From contig JBAZNZ010000006.1 of NCBI GenBank assembly GCA_041648975.1, positions 5,723 through 69,722 on the forward strand: a DNA stretch of 64,000 nt, read 5' to 3'. Numbering within the stretch: the stretch's first letter is position 1; every line of letters starts with the position of its first letter. Under the pieces are notes generated by a model, which saw only the letters and a program-made list of their open reading frames with translations, was not told where the DNA came from and made no database searches. This document shows positions 25,095 through 34,641 of the stretch, piece after piece. The translations under genes and the position numbers were made by a program. The stretch comes from Candidatus Omnitrophota bacterium. GTDB lineage: Bacteria > Omnitrophota > Gorgyraeia > 2-01-FULL-45-10.

Positions 25095-25861
25095 AGAGAT
25101 ATATAGCGGCTTTATTTATATTGTTTACCCTTGCAAGCCGGGCGTGTGCCGCGGAACCTGCCGCGAAGGATCCTAACCAGTTATTTTACTCAGCGAATCG
25201 TTCATACGGGGCCGGAGACTATAAGAAGGCGCTCGAAGAGTACCTTATGGTGCTCGATACCGGAGTGGAGAACGGAAGGCTGCATTATAATATAGGTAAC
25301 GGTTTCTTTAAACTCGGAAAGATCGGTTACGCTATCCTATGCTATGAGAGGGCCAGGAGGCTCATTCCGCAGGATGGCGACCTGAAGTCCAACCTAGCGT
25401 ACGCCAAGACAATGGCAGGGACTTCGTATCCTGACGACAGCGCCATCCGGAGGCTTACAGGGTACATTAAGGCGCCATTTTTGGACATGAACCTGAATGC
25501 CCTCGCGAACCTGACATTGGCCCTGTATCTTATCATCATGGTGGTCCTGGCAATATTTATCTTTAACCGTATAATTGCCAGGAAGGGTATATTATTATTC
25601 ATCGTTCTGACGGCGATATTTTTGGTCGCACTCAGCGCGGTCTCTGTCCGCTATTACGATGAAGAGATCTTGAGGCACGGTATAATCATAGAAAAAGATG
25701 TCGAATGTAAATACGAGCCTATAGACAAATCCACAACTTATTACAAGCTGCACGAGGGGGATGAGGTGACCGTCCTGACGACGAGAGAAGGATGGCGCCG
25801 GATAAAGCGTCCCGACGGAAAACTCGCCTGGATCAAAAAAGAAGCGGTCGAGATCATATAA
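25091..25861 (+). CDS. batE: BatE-like TPR/SH3-domain protein
   Basis: Signal peptide, TPR helices, TM segment, and a C-terminal SH3-like region EGDEVTVLTTREGWRRIKRPDGKLAWIKKEAV. Confidence 0.55.
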   Translation: MKRYIAALFILFTLASRACAAEPAAKDPNQLFYSANRSYGAGDYKKALEEYLMVLDTGVENGRLHYNIGNGFFKLGKIGYAILCYERARRLIPQDGDLKSNLAYAKTMAGTSYPDDSAIRRLTGYIKAPFLDMNLNALANLTLALYLIIMVVLAIFIFNRIIARKGILLFIVLTAIFLVALSAVSVRYYDEEILRHGIIIEKDVECKYEPIDKSTTYYKLHEGDEVTVLTTREGWRRIKRPDGKLAWIKKEAVEII

Positions 25862-25874
25862 ATTAAAAAAATAC

Positions 25875-25902
25875 TTGACATATTTGAGTTTTTTGTTATA
25901 AT
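25875..25902 (+). promoter_or_regulatory. strong sigma70 promoter (TTGACA-16-TATAAT with A-rich UP region) for tRNA-Thr and tuf
   Basis: Perfect consensus hexamers with 16-nt spacing, preceded by ATTAAAAAAATA. About 150 nt upstream of tRNA-Thr(GGU). Confidence 0.5.
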
Positions 25903-26053
25903 AAAAAAACTCTATATATTGTATTAGATATTATATTATATAGTTTATTTAGAAGAGTTTTATACACGATAACTCTGACGTGGAGGAGTTTTTGTAATTT
26001 TTGTTTATAGCCGCTGCAGAGTCAATGCCTGATGACATTAGCGGGACTGAGCG

Positions 26054-26129
26054 GCTGCAGTAGCTCAGTCGGTAGAGCACATCCTTGGTAAGGATGAGGT
26101 CATCGGTTCAATCCCGATCTGCAGCTCCA
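26054..26129 (+). tRNA. tRNA-Thr (anticodon GGT)
   Basis: 76-nt cloverleaf. Acceptor gctgcag/ctgcagc, D arm gctc-agtcggta-gagc, anticodon stem catcc/ggatg with loop ttggtaa (anticodon GGT), T arm with ttcaatc, CCA. Confidence 0.85.
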
Positions 26130-26157
26130 TGAATAAGTCAAAGAGGAGGGAGAGTTT

Positions 26158-27354
26158 ATGGCAAAGGAAGCGTTTGTAAGATCTAAGCCGCACGTGAACA
26201 TCGGCACAATCGGCCATATCGATCACGGCAAGACTACTTTGACGGCAGCAATTTTAGCGACCCTTGCCAAAAAGGGCAAGGCGCAGGTTAAGTCCTACGC
26301 CGATATCGCCAAGGGCGGCACCGTCAGGGATGAAACCAAGACCGTTACTATCGCCGTAGCGCACGTTGAATACGAGACCGAGAAGAGGCATTACGCCCAT
26401 ATAGACTGCCCCGGACACGCCGATTACATCAAGAATATGATAACCGGAGCCGCGCAGATGGACGGAGCCATACTTGTGGTATCGGCAGTGGACGGCCCGA
26501 TGCCCCAGACAAGAGAGCATATCCTCCTGGCCCGCCAGGTCAATGTCCCTTCAATAGTCGTATTCCTCAATAAAGTAGACCTTGTGGAAGACAAGGAACT
26601 CGTGGACCTGGTCGAGCTGGAAGTGAGGGAGCTTCTCACCAAGTACCAGTTCCCCGGAGACAAGACCCCCGTGATAAGGGGCAGCGCATTAAAAGCGATG
26701 TCGGCGCCCGATAACCCGGAATCCACAAAGAGCATATTCGAGCTCATGGAAGCATGCGATACGTTCATCCCCGAGCCCAAGAGGGACATAGATAAACCCT
26801 TCCTCATGCCCATAGAAGACGTCTTCTCGATAACAGGCCGCGGCACAGTAGGAACAGGCCGGGTCGAGAGAGGCCAGATAAAGGTGGGCGAGGAGATCGA
26901 GATAGTAGGCATACGCCCCACAAAGAAGTCCGTAGTCACGGGCGTTGAGATGTTCAGGAAGCTGCTCGATTCAGGACAAGCCGGAGACAACATCGGCGTC
27001 CTGTTAAGGGGTATCGAGAAGACAGACCTCGAGAGGGGGCAGGTCCTGGCAAAGCCGGGTTCCATCACCCCTCACACCAAGTTCAAGGCAGAGGTATATA
27101 TATTGAGCAAAGAAGAAGGAGGCCGTCACACGCCCTTCTTTAACGGTTACCGCCCGCAGTTCTACTTCAGGACCACAGACGTCACGGGAGTAGTAACCCT
27201 CCCCAAAGAGGTCGAGATGGTCATGCCCGGCGATAACGTAAGCTTCGAAGTAGTTCTGATAACCCCGATAGCCATGGAAAAAGAGTTGAGGTTCGCCATA
27301 CGTGAAGGCGGACATACTGTTGGCGCAGGGGTCGTAACCGAAGTCATAGAATAG
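26158..27354 (+). CDS. tuf: elongation factor Tu (copy 1)
   Basis: [26 protein letters not shown]. Predicted protein and nested-ORF pattern identical to the copy at 41715..42911. Confidence 0.95.
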   Translation: MAKEAFVRSKPHVNIGTIGHIDHGKTTLTAAILATLAKKGKAQVKSYADIAKGGTVRDETKTVTIAVAHVEYETEKRHYAHIDCPGHADYIKNMITGAAQMDGAILVVSAVDGPMPQTREHILLARQVNVPSIVVFLNKVDLVEDKELVDLVELEVRELLTKYQFPGDKTPVIRGSALKAMSAPDNPESTKSIFELMEACDTFIPEPKRDIDKPFLMPIEDVFSITGRGTVGTGRVERGQIKVGEEIEIVGIRPTKKSVVTGVEMFRKLLDSGQAGDNIGVLLRGIEKTDLERGQVLAKPGSITPHTKFKAEVYILSKEEGGRHTPFFNGYRPQFYFRTTDVTGVVTLPKEVEMVMPGDNVSFEVVLITPIAMEKELRFAIREGGHTVGAGVVTEVIE

Positions 27355-27465
27355 GACAACAGTAACCAGAAAGAAAGTAACCAGTAACCAGATAAAAAAC
27401 GGCAGTCTAATTGTTCTGGTTTCTGGCAACTGGGCTCTGGTTACTAAGGGTTTAGGAGCTGTACC

Positions 27466-27618
27466 ATGGCGCAAGAAGTTATCACCTTTGAATGCACCAA
27501 ATGCAAGAATCGGAATTATTCAACTACTAAGAATAAGAAGAAGAATCCGGATAAGCTGGAACTTAGCAAGTTTTGTAAGTTTTGTAAGAAACATACAGCG
27601 CATAAGGAGATTAAGTAA
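27466..27618 (+). CDS. rpmG: 50S ribosomal protein L33 (Zn-ribbon form)
   Basis: [50 protein letters not shown] (50 aa). Not in the ORF track because it is under 60 aa. Confidence 0.8.
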   Translation: MAQEVITFECTKCKNRNYSTTKNKKKNPDKLELSKFCKFCKKHTAHKEIK

Positions 27619-27750
27619 GCCCGCGCGCATATCGGCGTGTGGTGAGAGGAGTGGGTGGTGCCCGCCGGCATAATATGGAATGAGAGGCGGGAATGTAAGC
27701 CAACAGTCTCCCTTAGTCCCGCCAGGTTAGAGTCAGGAGTGATCTTAGGG

Positions 27751-27826
27751 AGGCCAGTAGCTCTAATGGCAGAGCAGCGGTCTCCAAAACCGCGTGTTGG
27801 GGGTTCAAGTCCCTCCTGGCCTGCCA
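27751..27826 (+). tRNA. tRNA-Trp (anticodon CCA)
   Basis: Acceptor aggccag/ctggcct, anticodon stem gcggt/accgc with loop ctccaaa, T arm ggggttcaagtccct, CCA. Canonical position between tuf/rpmG and secE. Confidence 0.85.
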
Positions 27827-27989
27827 AATTTGCGATAGCAAATTTGGTCCAGAAGTTGCGACGAATAGGAGCAGCTGAAGGACCTAAATGCGTCGCTAAA
27901 TTTGGGCCTGCAATTTCCCGAAATAAATACGGGAATAAACAAAGCTCAATCCCGGAAAGGACACTGAGCGCGGAAAGATATTAGAAAAA

Positions 27990-28181
27990 ATGGCAAATAA
28001 AGTTGCTAATTTCTTTAAAGAGATAAAGCTCGAGATGTTGAAGGTGTCATGGCCTACGAGAGAAGAATTGATAGGCTCAACGGTCGTGGTCCTTGTATCT
28101 TTAGCGATACTCTCATTATTCATAGGGGTCTGCGACATCATATTGTCCAAGATCATTAACGTCATCATGTCAAGTTTATAA
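27990..28181 (+). CDS. secE: preprotein translocase subunit SecE
   Basis: 63 aa with a single C-terminal TM helix, upstream of nusG. Confidence 0.8.
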   Translation: MANKVANFFKEIKLEMLKVSWPTREELIGSTVVVLVSLAILSLFIGVCDIILSKIINVIMSSL

Positions 28182-28199
28182 GGCTGGGTAATTTAAGAG

Positions 28200-28730
28200 A
28201 TGGCAAAACAGTGGTATGTAGTGCACACACAGACGGGTTACGAAGACAGGGTGAGGAACGTCCTCGAGGGTAAGCTCAAGGCCGGCCTCGCTAAAGATAA
28301 TATTTCCCAGATCCTGGTGCCGATAGAGCAGGTATCGGAAGTGAAGGGCGGAAAGAAGCGGATATCGCAGCGCAAGTTCTTCCCGGGATATATATTGGTG
28401 GAGATGGAACTGAATGATGAGACGTGGTACCTCATCAAGAGTATACCGGGCGTTACAGGATTCGTCGGGGCCGGCGCGAGGCCGTTGCCGCTCAGGGAAG
28501 ATGAAATAGATATGATACTGAAGCAGGCTAAAGAAGCGAAAGAGAAACCGACGCCTAAGGTTGTTTTTGATAAAGGCGAAAATATCAGGGTCAATGACGG
28601 GCCGTTCACGAATTTTAACGGTGTGGTGGAAGAAGCTAATCTGACCAAAGGCAAGATAAAGGTTATGATATCGATATTTGGAAGGGCGACACCGGTCGAA
28701 TTAGAGACCTGGCAGGTGGAGAAGATTTAA
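28200..28730 (+). CDS. nusG: transcription antitermination factor NusG
   Basis: NGN plus KOW domains ([11 protein letters not shown]...[12 protein letters not shown]). Confidence 0.9.
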   Translation: MAKQWYVVHTQTGYEDRVRNVLEGKLKAGLAKDNISQILVPIEQVSEVKGGKKRISQRKFFPGYILVEMELNDETWYLIKSIPGVTGFVGAGARPLPLREDEIDMILKQAKEAKEKPTPKVVFDKGENIRVNDGPFTNFNGVVEEANLTKGKIKVMISIFGRATPVELETWQVEKI

Positions 28731-28731
28731 A

Positions 28732-29157
28732 ATGGCCAAGAAGGTAAAAGCGATAATAAAGCTATATTGTTCCGCGGGAGCCGCCAATCCGGCGCCTCCG
28801 GTAGGACCTGCCCTGGGCCAGCACGGCCTGAATATAATGGATTTTTGTAAAAGATTCAATGCGCAGACACAGAACCAGGAAGGATTGACCCTTCCAGTTG
28901 TTATTACAGCATATGAGGACAGGTCCTTTACCTTTATTATTAAGAGCCCCCCGTCTTCCGTGCTCCTGAAGCGCGCTTGTGGCATCGCCAAAGCAAGCGG
29001 CGAACCTAACAAGACCAAGGTCGGCAAGGTTACCATTGAACAGGTAAAAGAGATCGCCAAAATGAAGATGAAAGATTTAAATACACAGAATATGGAAGCG
29101 GCAATAAACATCGTTAAAGGGACCGCCAGAAGCATGGGAATTGATATAGAAGGATAG
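28732..29157 (+). CDS. rplK: 50S ribosomal protein L11
   Basis: [30 protein letters not shown]. Confidence 0.95.
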   Translation: MAKKVKAIIKLYCSAGAANPAPPVGPALGQHGLNIMDFCKRFNAQTQNQEGLTLPVVITAYEDRSFTFIIKSPPSSVLLKRACGIAKASGEPNKTKVGKVTIEQVKEIAKMKMKDLNTQNMEAAINIVKGTARSMGIDIEG

Positions 29158-29167
29158 GCCGGAGATA

Positions 29168-29866
29168 ATGAAAAAACTTACGAAAAGATTGAAAGTGGTC
29201 CAGGCTCTTGTAGATAAACAGAAGCTCTATAGCCTTAAGGATGCCATCGCAATACTTAGGAAAGCCCCGAAGCTGAAATTTGACGAGACCGTAGAGATAT
29301 CCGCCAAGCTAAGTATAGACCCTAAACAGGCTCAGAGCGCGTCGATCCGCGGCACGGTTGCCCTTCCTCATGGAACCGGCAAAAAGGTCAGGGTCGTAGT
29401 GTTCTGTAAGGGTGAAGAGGATAAGAAAGCAAGGGATGCGGGCGCTGATGTCGTAGGCGCAGAGGAGTTAGTGGCGAAGGTTCAGGGCGGATGGGCTGAT
29501 TTTGATGTAGCTATAGCGACTCCTGACATGATGAAAGACATAGCGAAGCTCGGAAAAGTTCTCGGCCCGAGAGGTCTCATGCCGAACCCGAAGTCCGGCA
29601 CAGTTACGCCGGATACGGCTAAGGCCATTAAAGAGGTTAAAGCCGGAAAGATTGAGTTTAAGATGGATAAACAGGCGGGCATACATGCGCCGGTCGGCAA
29701 GCTCTCTTTTAAGGAAGAGGCGCTCTACGAGAACTCGATGACTATCATAGACGCGATAATGGGGTCCAATCCCCAGGGGCTGAGAGGGCAGCATGTGAAG
29801 ACGCTTTTTATATCGACTACGATGGGTCCAGGCGTGAAGCTGGACCTGTCGGAATTTAGGAAATAA
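29168..29866 (+). CDS. rplA: 50S ribosomal protein L1
   Basis: Conserved L1 motifs and operon position. Confidence 0.95.
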   Translation: MKKLTKRLKVVQALVDKQKLYSLKDAIAILRKAPKLKFDETVEISAKLSIDPKQAQSASIRGTVALPHGTGKKVRVVVFCKGEEDKKARDAGADVVGAEELVAKVQGGWADFDVAIATPDMMKDIAKLGKVLGPRGLMPNPKSGTVTPDTAKAIKEVKAGKIEFKMDKQAGIHAPVGKLSFKEEALYENSMTIIDAIMGSNPQGLRGQHVKTLFISTTMGPGVKLDLSEFRK

Positions 29867-29871
29867 TTGTC

Positions 29872-30441
29872 ATGATAGCAAAAGATAAATACGGGAAGCT
29901 CTGTAAAGAACTGATGATAGAGGAGATAGCCTCGAGGTTCAAGGAGCGTCCGAATTTCGTGATCACAAGTTATATGGGGTCGTCCGTCGCGGACCTCGAA
30001 TCGCTCAGGCGGAACCTTAAGCAGTCGTCTTCGACGTTTTTTGTAGTGAAGAATTCTGCGCTTAAGATAATATTTGAAAAGATAAAGATGGAGTCGGAAG
30101 TCTCCAAGATCGACAGCGGGATGGGCATCTCGTTAAGCGGCGAAGATATAGTAGCGACCTGCAAGATACTGGCCGCCTTCGCAAAGGATCATGATAAATT
30201 CAAGATAAAAGGCGCTGTCATAGACGGAAAGCCGCTGCCGCCGGAGAAAGTGAAGGAGTTGGCCGGCCTGCCGCCGAAGAACGTGCTGCTGGCTCAGGTA
30301 GTGGGCGGCATAAAATCGCCGATAACGGGATTTGTCAATACGCTGTCAGCGGTATTAAGGAAGTTCGTCTATGTGGTCGACGCTATAAAAACGAGCAAAC
30401 AGAGTACGCCCGCCGCGGGCGCGCAGGAAGTAAGAACTTAA
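29872..30441 (+). CDS. rplJ: 50S ribosomal protein L10
   Basis: Operon position between rplA and rplL, and size. Confidence 0.85.
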   Translation: MIAKDKYGKLCKELMIEEIASRFKERPNFVITSYMGSSVADLESLRRNLKQSSSTFFVVKNSALKIIFEKIKMESEVSKIDSGMGISLSGEDIVATCKILAAFAKDHDKFKIKGAVIDGKPLPPEKVKELAGLPPKNVLLAQVVGGIKSPITGFVNTLSAVLRKFVYVVDAIKTSKQSTPAAGAQEVRT

Positions 30442-30472
30442 GACAGAATAAACAAGAAGGAGAGGTAAAGAC

Positions 30473-30886
30473 ATGGAAGCAAAAGAAGCAAAAGTTGAAT
30501 TGACTGAAAAGATGAAGAGCGTAATGGACACCATCGAGAAGATGACCGTTATGGAGTTGGCTGATCTGGTCAAGGCCCTCGAGGATAAGTTCGGGGTCGT
30601 GGCAGCCGCAGCTGTCGGCGTGCAGGTAGCATCGGGCGCCGGAGCGGGCGCAGCGCCTGCAGCCGCAGAAGAGAAGACTTCGTTCACGGTAGTCCTGGCG
30701 GCAGCGGGAGCGAGCAAGATCCAGGTCATCAAAGAGCTTCGTACCTTGACGAACCTGGGCCTGAAGGAAGCCAAGGATCTTGTCGACGGAGCGCCGAAGA
30801 CAGTTAAAGAAGGCGCCACAAAGGAAGAAGCCGATAAGATAAAGAAGCAGCTTGAAGCGGCGGGCGCGAAGATCGAATTAAAATAA
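30473..30886 (+). CDS. rplL: 50S ribosomal protein L7/L12
   Basis: Ala-rich hinge and C-terminal domain [23 protein letters not shown]. Confidence 0.95.
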   Translation: MEAKEAKVELTEKMKSVMDTIEKMTVMELADLVKALEDKFGVVAAAAVGVQVASGAGAGAAPAAAEEKTSFTVVLAAAGASKIQVIKELRTLTNLGLKEAKDLVDGAPKTVKEGATKEEADKIKKQLEAAGAKIELK

Positions 30887-30928
30887 CTGGTTACTGGTAT
30901 CTGGTTACTATAATTTAAGAAGGAAGAC

Positions 30929-33900
30929 ATGCCTAAGCGCAAAAGTTACGCAAAGATAGAAGAGTGTTACCGGCTCCCTAATCTACTGGAGATACAGCTT
31001 GACTCTTATGCCGAATTCCTGCAATCGGATACTGCTAAGAGCAAAAGGAAGAACCAGGGGTTGGAATCAGCGTTCCGTGAGGTGTTCCCGATAGAGACTG
31101 CTGACGGCGAGCATAAGCTTGAATATCTAAGCTACACTATCGGCAAGCCGAAATACGACATACCGGAATGCAAGAAGCGCGGCATGAGCTTTGCCGGAGC
31201 CCTCAAGATCATGCTAAGGCTTAAATCGAAGACCGAGACGAAAGAGCAGGAAGTCTATCTTGGCGACATACCTCTTATGACCGACACCGGCACATTCATA
31301 GTGAACGGGGATGAGCGCGTTGTCGTCAGCCAGCTTCATCGCTCACCCGGCATTTCATTCGAATCAGAACCGCATGCGTCGGGCAAGACGATATTTTCCG
31401 CGCGCATAATTCCATATAGGGGCGCATGGGTCGAATTCGAATTTGATATTAACGATGTGCTTTATGTATATGTCGACAGGAGGCGCAAATTCCTCGCGAC
31501 GCCGTTCTTCAGGATATTCGGCTACTCTTCCGATTACGACATCCTTAAGGCATTTTGCGGAGTAGAGACTCATGAGATAACAAGACAGGCGCAGCTTGAG
31601 AAACTAATAGGAATGACTATTGCCAGAGACCTGGTCGAAAAGGAAACGAACGTAGTAGTCGCCGAGAAACTGCACAAGATCACTAAAGAGTCGGCGGAGA
31701 GGATATGGAATTCGTCCGCGCGCAAGGTCGATGTGCTGACCAAGGTGGTTCCGGAGATATTGAATACGCTGAAGAAAGATCATACTAAGACCAAAGAAGA
31801 TGCGGTAATGGATGTATATAGAAAACTCAGGCCCGGCGATCCCCCAACGCCGGAATCGGCCGCCAATCTTATGCAGAGGCTGTTCTTCGACATGAAGAGA
31901 TACGATCTTGGCCAGGTCGGCCGTTACATGCTTAACCGAAAATTGAATATGGACGTGTCTCTGGAAGAGAGGCTTATAACCCCGGATACGCTCGTCCAGG
32001 TCATAAACAGGCTTATATCAGTTAAGAACGGAGAGGGAACGACGGATGATATCGACCATTTAGGCAACAGGCGCGTCCGCTGTGTTGGAGAATTGCTTTT
32101 AAATCAGATCAGGATAGGGCTGGCAAGGGTCGACAGGTCGTGCAGGGAGAGAATGAACCTTTATGACCTTTCCAATGTGATGCCGCACAACCTGGTGAAC
32201 GCAAAGCTTGTGTCCGGCGTTATCAGGGATTTCTTCGGCAGGAGCCAGTTGTCCCAATTCATGGACCAGACGAATCCGCTGGCCGAAATGACGCACAAGC
32301 GCCGCATGAGCGCGCTTGGGCCAGGAGGTCTTAATAGGGACAGGGCGGGATTCGAAGTCCGCGATGTCCATTATTCCCACTATGGCAGGATGTGCCCTAT
32401 TGAAACGCCTGAAGGCCCGAACATAGGCCTTATAGCCTCCTTGAGCACATACGGAAAGATAAACCCGTTCGGTTTTATCGAAACGCCATACCGGAAAGTT
32501 GAGAATGCCCGCGTTACCGATAAGATCGACTATTTGTCGGCTGATGTAGAGGACCTTTACATCATAGCTCAGGCCAATTCAAAGATAGACGCGAAAGGCA
32601 ATCTTACGGAAGATAAGGTATTCTGCCGTTTTAAAGATAATTTCCTCCAGACTGAGCCTAAGGATGTCCAGTATATGGATGTATCGCCCAGGCAGCTTGT
32701 GAGCGTGGCCGCGAGCCTTATCCCGTTCCTTGAACACGATGACGCCAACAGGGCGCTTATGGGCTCCAACATGCAACGCCAGGCTGTTCCTCTCCTGTAT
32801 ACGGAAGCTCCGCTGGTAGGCACAGGCATGGAGTATAGGACCGCTAAAGATTCCGGGGCCGTAATCTCATCGAAGAATTCCGGAACGGTGACAAGTGTTG
32901 ACGCAGGCGAGATAGTTGTAAGCGGCAAGAGCTATAAGCTGATAAAATTCGACAGGTCAAATGCCAATACATGCGTAAACCAGAGGCCAATAGTCAAGCT
33001 TGGGGATAAGATAAAAGAAGGAGATGTTATTGCCGACGGCGCAGCGACTGACAAGGGCGAGCTGGCTCTGGGGAAGAACGTGCTCGTGGCGTTCATGCCT
33101 TGGAGAGGATATAATTTTGAAGACGCTATCCTGCTGAGCGAAAAGCTTGTGGCGGAAGATAAATATACATCCCTCCATATCGAGGAATTTGAACTTGAGG
33201 CCAGAGATACCAGGTTAGGAAATGAAGAGATAACCAGGGATATCCCTAATATCGGCGAGGAAGCTCTCAGGAACCTGGACGAAAGCGGAATAATAAGAGT
33301 CGGTGCCGAAGTTGAGCCCGGAGATATCCTGGTGGGCAAAGTTACGCCTAAGTCCGAAACCGAGCTATCTCCTGAAGAAAAACTGCTGCGCGCGATATTC
33401 GGAGAAAAGGCCGGCGACGTGAGGGATTCGTCCCTGATCGCGCCTCCGGGAGTTGACGGTATAATCGTTGATGTAAGGGTATTCTCGCGAAGGGACGCGC
33501 GTTCTAAAACAAAAGAAGAGAGGACGCTGGAACTGAAAGAGATAAAGATCCTGGAGGGCACGTTCCAGACACAGATAGAAAAGATAAAAGAAGAGAAGTA
33601 TAGGAAACTCCACAACCTGCTGGTGGGCCGCAAACTTGCGGCTGGAATACTGGACCAGGAATCCGGCAGGGCGCTGATCTCCCAGGGCAGGACCGTAAGG
33701 GTAAAAGACCTGAATAAGATAGTCGATAAGGGAGACCTGGAGAATGTCAAGGTCAATAATCCCGAGATAGAGCAGGAGATAGCCAGGATCACCAGGTTGC
33801 TCGACAGCCAGATAGAAGAGCTTACATTTGAACTCGAAAGGGAGATAGATAGAGTCAAGAGAGGCGACGAGCTTCCACCTGGTGTATTGAAGAAGGTCAA

Positions 33901-34639
33901 AGTATATGTAGCGAGCAAGAAGAAGATATCGGTCGGCGACAAGATGGCGGGAAGACACGGGAATAAGGGGGTCGTCGCGAAGATCCTGCCCGAGGAGGAT
34001 ATGCCGTTCCTCGCAGATGGGACGCCTGTTGAGATAGTGTTGAATCCGCTCGGAGTGCCGAGCCGTATGAACGTAGGGCAGATACTCGAAACGCATCTCG
34101 GATGGGCCGCCAAGATACTCGGTTTCACCGTAGCGAGCCATGTCTTTGACGGCGCGAGCGAAAATGAGATCAAAGAAGAAATGAAGAAGGCCGGGATACC
34201 GCTTGAAGGCAAGGTAAGCGTGTATGACGGGTTTACAGGAAAACCGTTCGACCAGAAAGTGACGGTTGGCTACATTTATATGCTGAAACTGGCCCATCTG
34301 GTCGACGACAAGATACATGCAAGGTCCATCGGGCCGTATTCGCTCGTTACTCAGCAGCCGCTTGGAGGAAAAGCGCAGTTCGGCGGACAGAGATTCGGCG
34401 AGATGGAAGTGTGGGCTCTCGAAGCCTACGGCGCGGCGTTCACTTTACAGGAATTGCTTACTGTTAAATCGGACGATGTTGTCGGAAGGACGAAGATATA
34501 TGAAGCCGTGGTCAAGGGCGATAATAAACTTCAGTCGGGTACGCCCGAATCCTTCAACGTCCTTGTAAAAGAATTGCAGTCGTTGGGACTCGAAATCAAG
34601 CTGGAGAAGAGATCTCCTGTTGAAGAAAAGGATAAATAA
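30929..34639 (+). CDS. rpoB: DNA-directed RNA polymerase subunit beta
   Basis: 1236 aa with canonical beta motifs ([32 protein letters not shown]). Confidence 0.97.
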   Translation: MPKRKSYAKIEECYRLPNLLEIQLDSYAEFLQSDTAKSKRKNQGLESAFREVFPIETADGEHKLEYLSYTIGKPKYDIPECKKRGMSFAGALKIMLRLKSKTETKEQEVYLGDIPLMTDTGTFIVNGDERVVVSQLHRSPGISFESEPHASGKTIFSARIIPYRGAWVEFEFDINDVLYVYVDRRRKFLATPFFRIFGYSSDYDILKAFCGVETHEITRQAQLEKLIGMTIARDLVEKETNVVVAEKLHKITKESAERIWNSSARKVDVLTKVVPEILNTLKKDHTKTKEDAVMDVYRKLRPGDPPTPESAANLMQRLFFDMKRYDLGQVGRYMLNRKLNMDVSLEERLITPDTLVQVINRLISVKNGEGTTDDIDHLGNRRVRCVGELLLNQIRIGLARVDRSCRERMNLYDLSNVMPHNLVNAKLVSGVIRDFFGRSQLSQFMDQTNPLAEMTHKRRMSALGPGGLNRDRAGFEVRDVHYSHYGRMCPIETPEGPNIGLIASLSTYGKINPFGFIETPYRKVENARVTDKIDYLSADVEDLYIIAQANSKIDAKGNLTEDKVFCRFKDNFLQTEPKDVQYMDVSPRQLVSVAASLIPFLEHDDANRALMGSNMQRQAVPLLYTEAPLVGTGMEYRTAKDSGAVISSKNSGTVTSVDAGEIVVSGKSYKLIKFDRSNANTCVNQRPIVKLGDKIKEGDVIADGAATDKGELALGKNVLVAFMPWRGYNFEDAILLSEKLVAEDKYTSLHIEEFELEARDTRLGNEEITRDIPNIGEEALRNLDESGIIRVGAEVEPGDILVGKVTPKSETELSPEEKLLRAIFGEKAGDVRDSSLIAPPGVDGIIVDVRVFSRRDARSKTKEERTLELKEIKILEGTFQTQIEKIKEEKYRKLHNLLVGRKLAAGILDQESGRALISQGRTVRVKDLNKIVDKGDLENVKVNNPEIEQEIARITRLLDSQIEELTFELEREIDRVKRGDELPPGVLKKVKVYVASKKKISVGDKMAGRHGNKGVVAKILPEEDMPFLADGTPVEIVLNPLGVPSRMNVGQILETHLGWAAKILGFTVASHVFDGASENEIKEEMKKAGIPLEGKVSVYDGFTGKPFDQKVTVGYIYMLKLAHLVDDKIHARSIGPYSLVTQQPLGGKAQFGGQRFGEMEVWALEAYGAAFTLQELLTVKSDDVVGRTKIYEAVVKGDNKLQSGTPESFNVLVKELQSLGLEIKLEKRSPVEEKDK

Positions 34640-34641
34640 TA

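Noticed and set aside
26028-26060. Partial duplication of the tRNA-Thr(GGU) 5' end (CCGCTGCAGAGTCA against GCTGCAGTAGCTCA) about 30 nt upstream of the gene
   Set aside because: Only an 8-nt shared core (GCTGCAG + A). This is too short to distinguish from chance, or from a leader-processing hairpin that pairs with the acceptor stem.
27488-27984. ORFs 27488..27673, 27516..27827 (-) and 27655..27984 around rpmG and tRNA-Trp
   Set aside because: They overlap the clearly recognisable L33 gene (27466..27618) and tRNA-Trp (27751..27826). They are spurious.
32932-34318. Long - strand ORFs (426 aa and 317 aa) antisense to rpoB, and other 60-200-aa - strand ORFs inside rpoC, tuf, the kinase and the Bat genes
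   Set aside because: They lie entirely within strongly supported + strand genes. They have Ser/Pro/Leu-rich antisense-type composition and no motifs.
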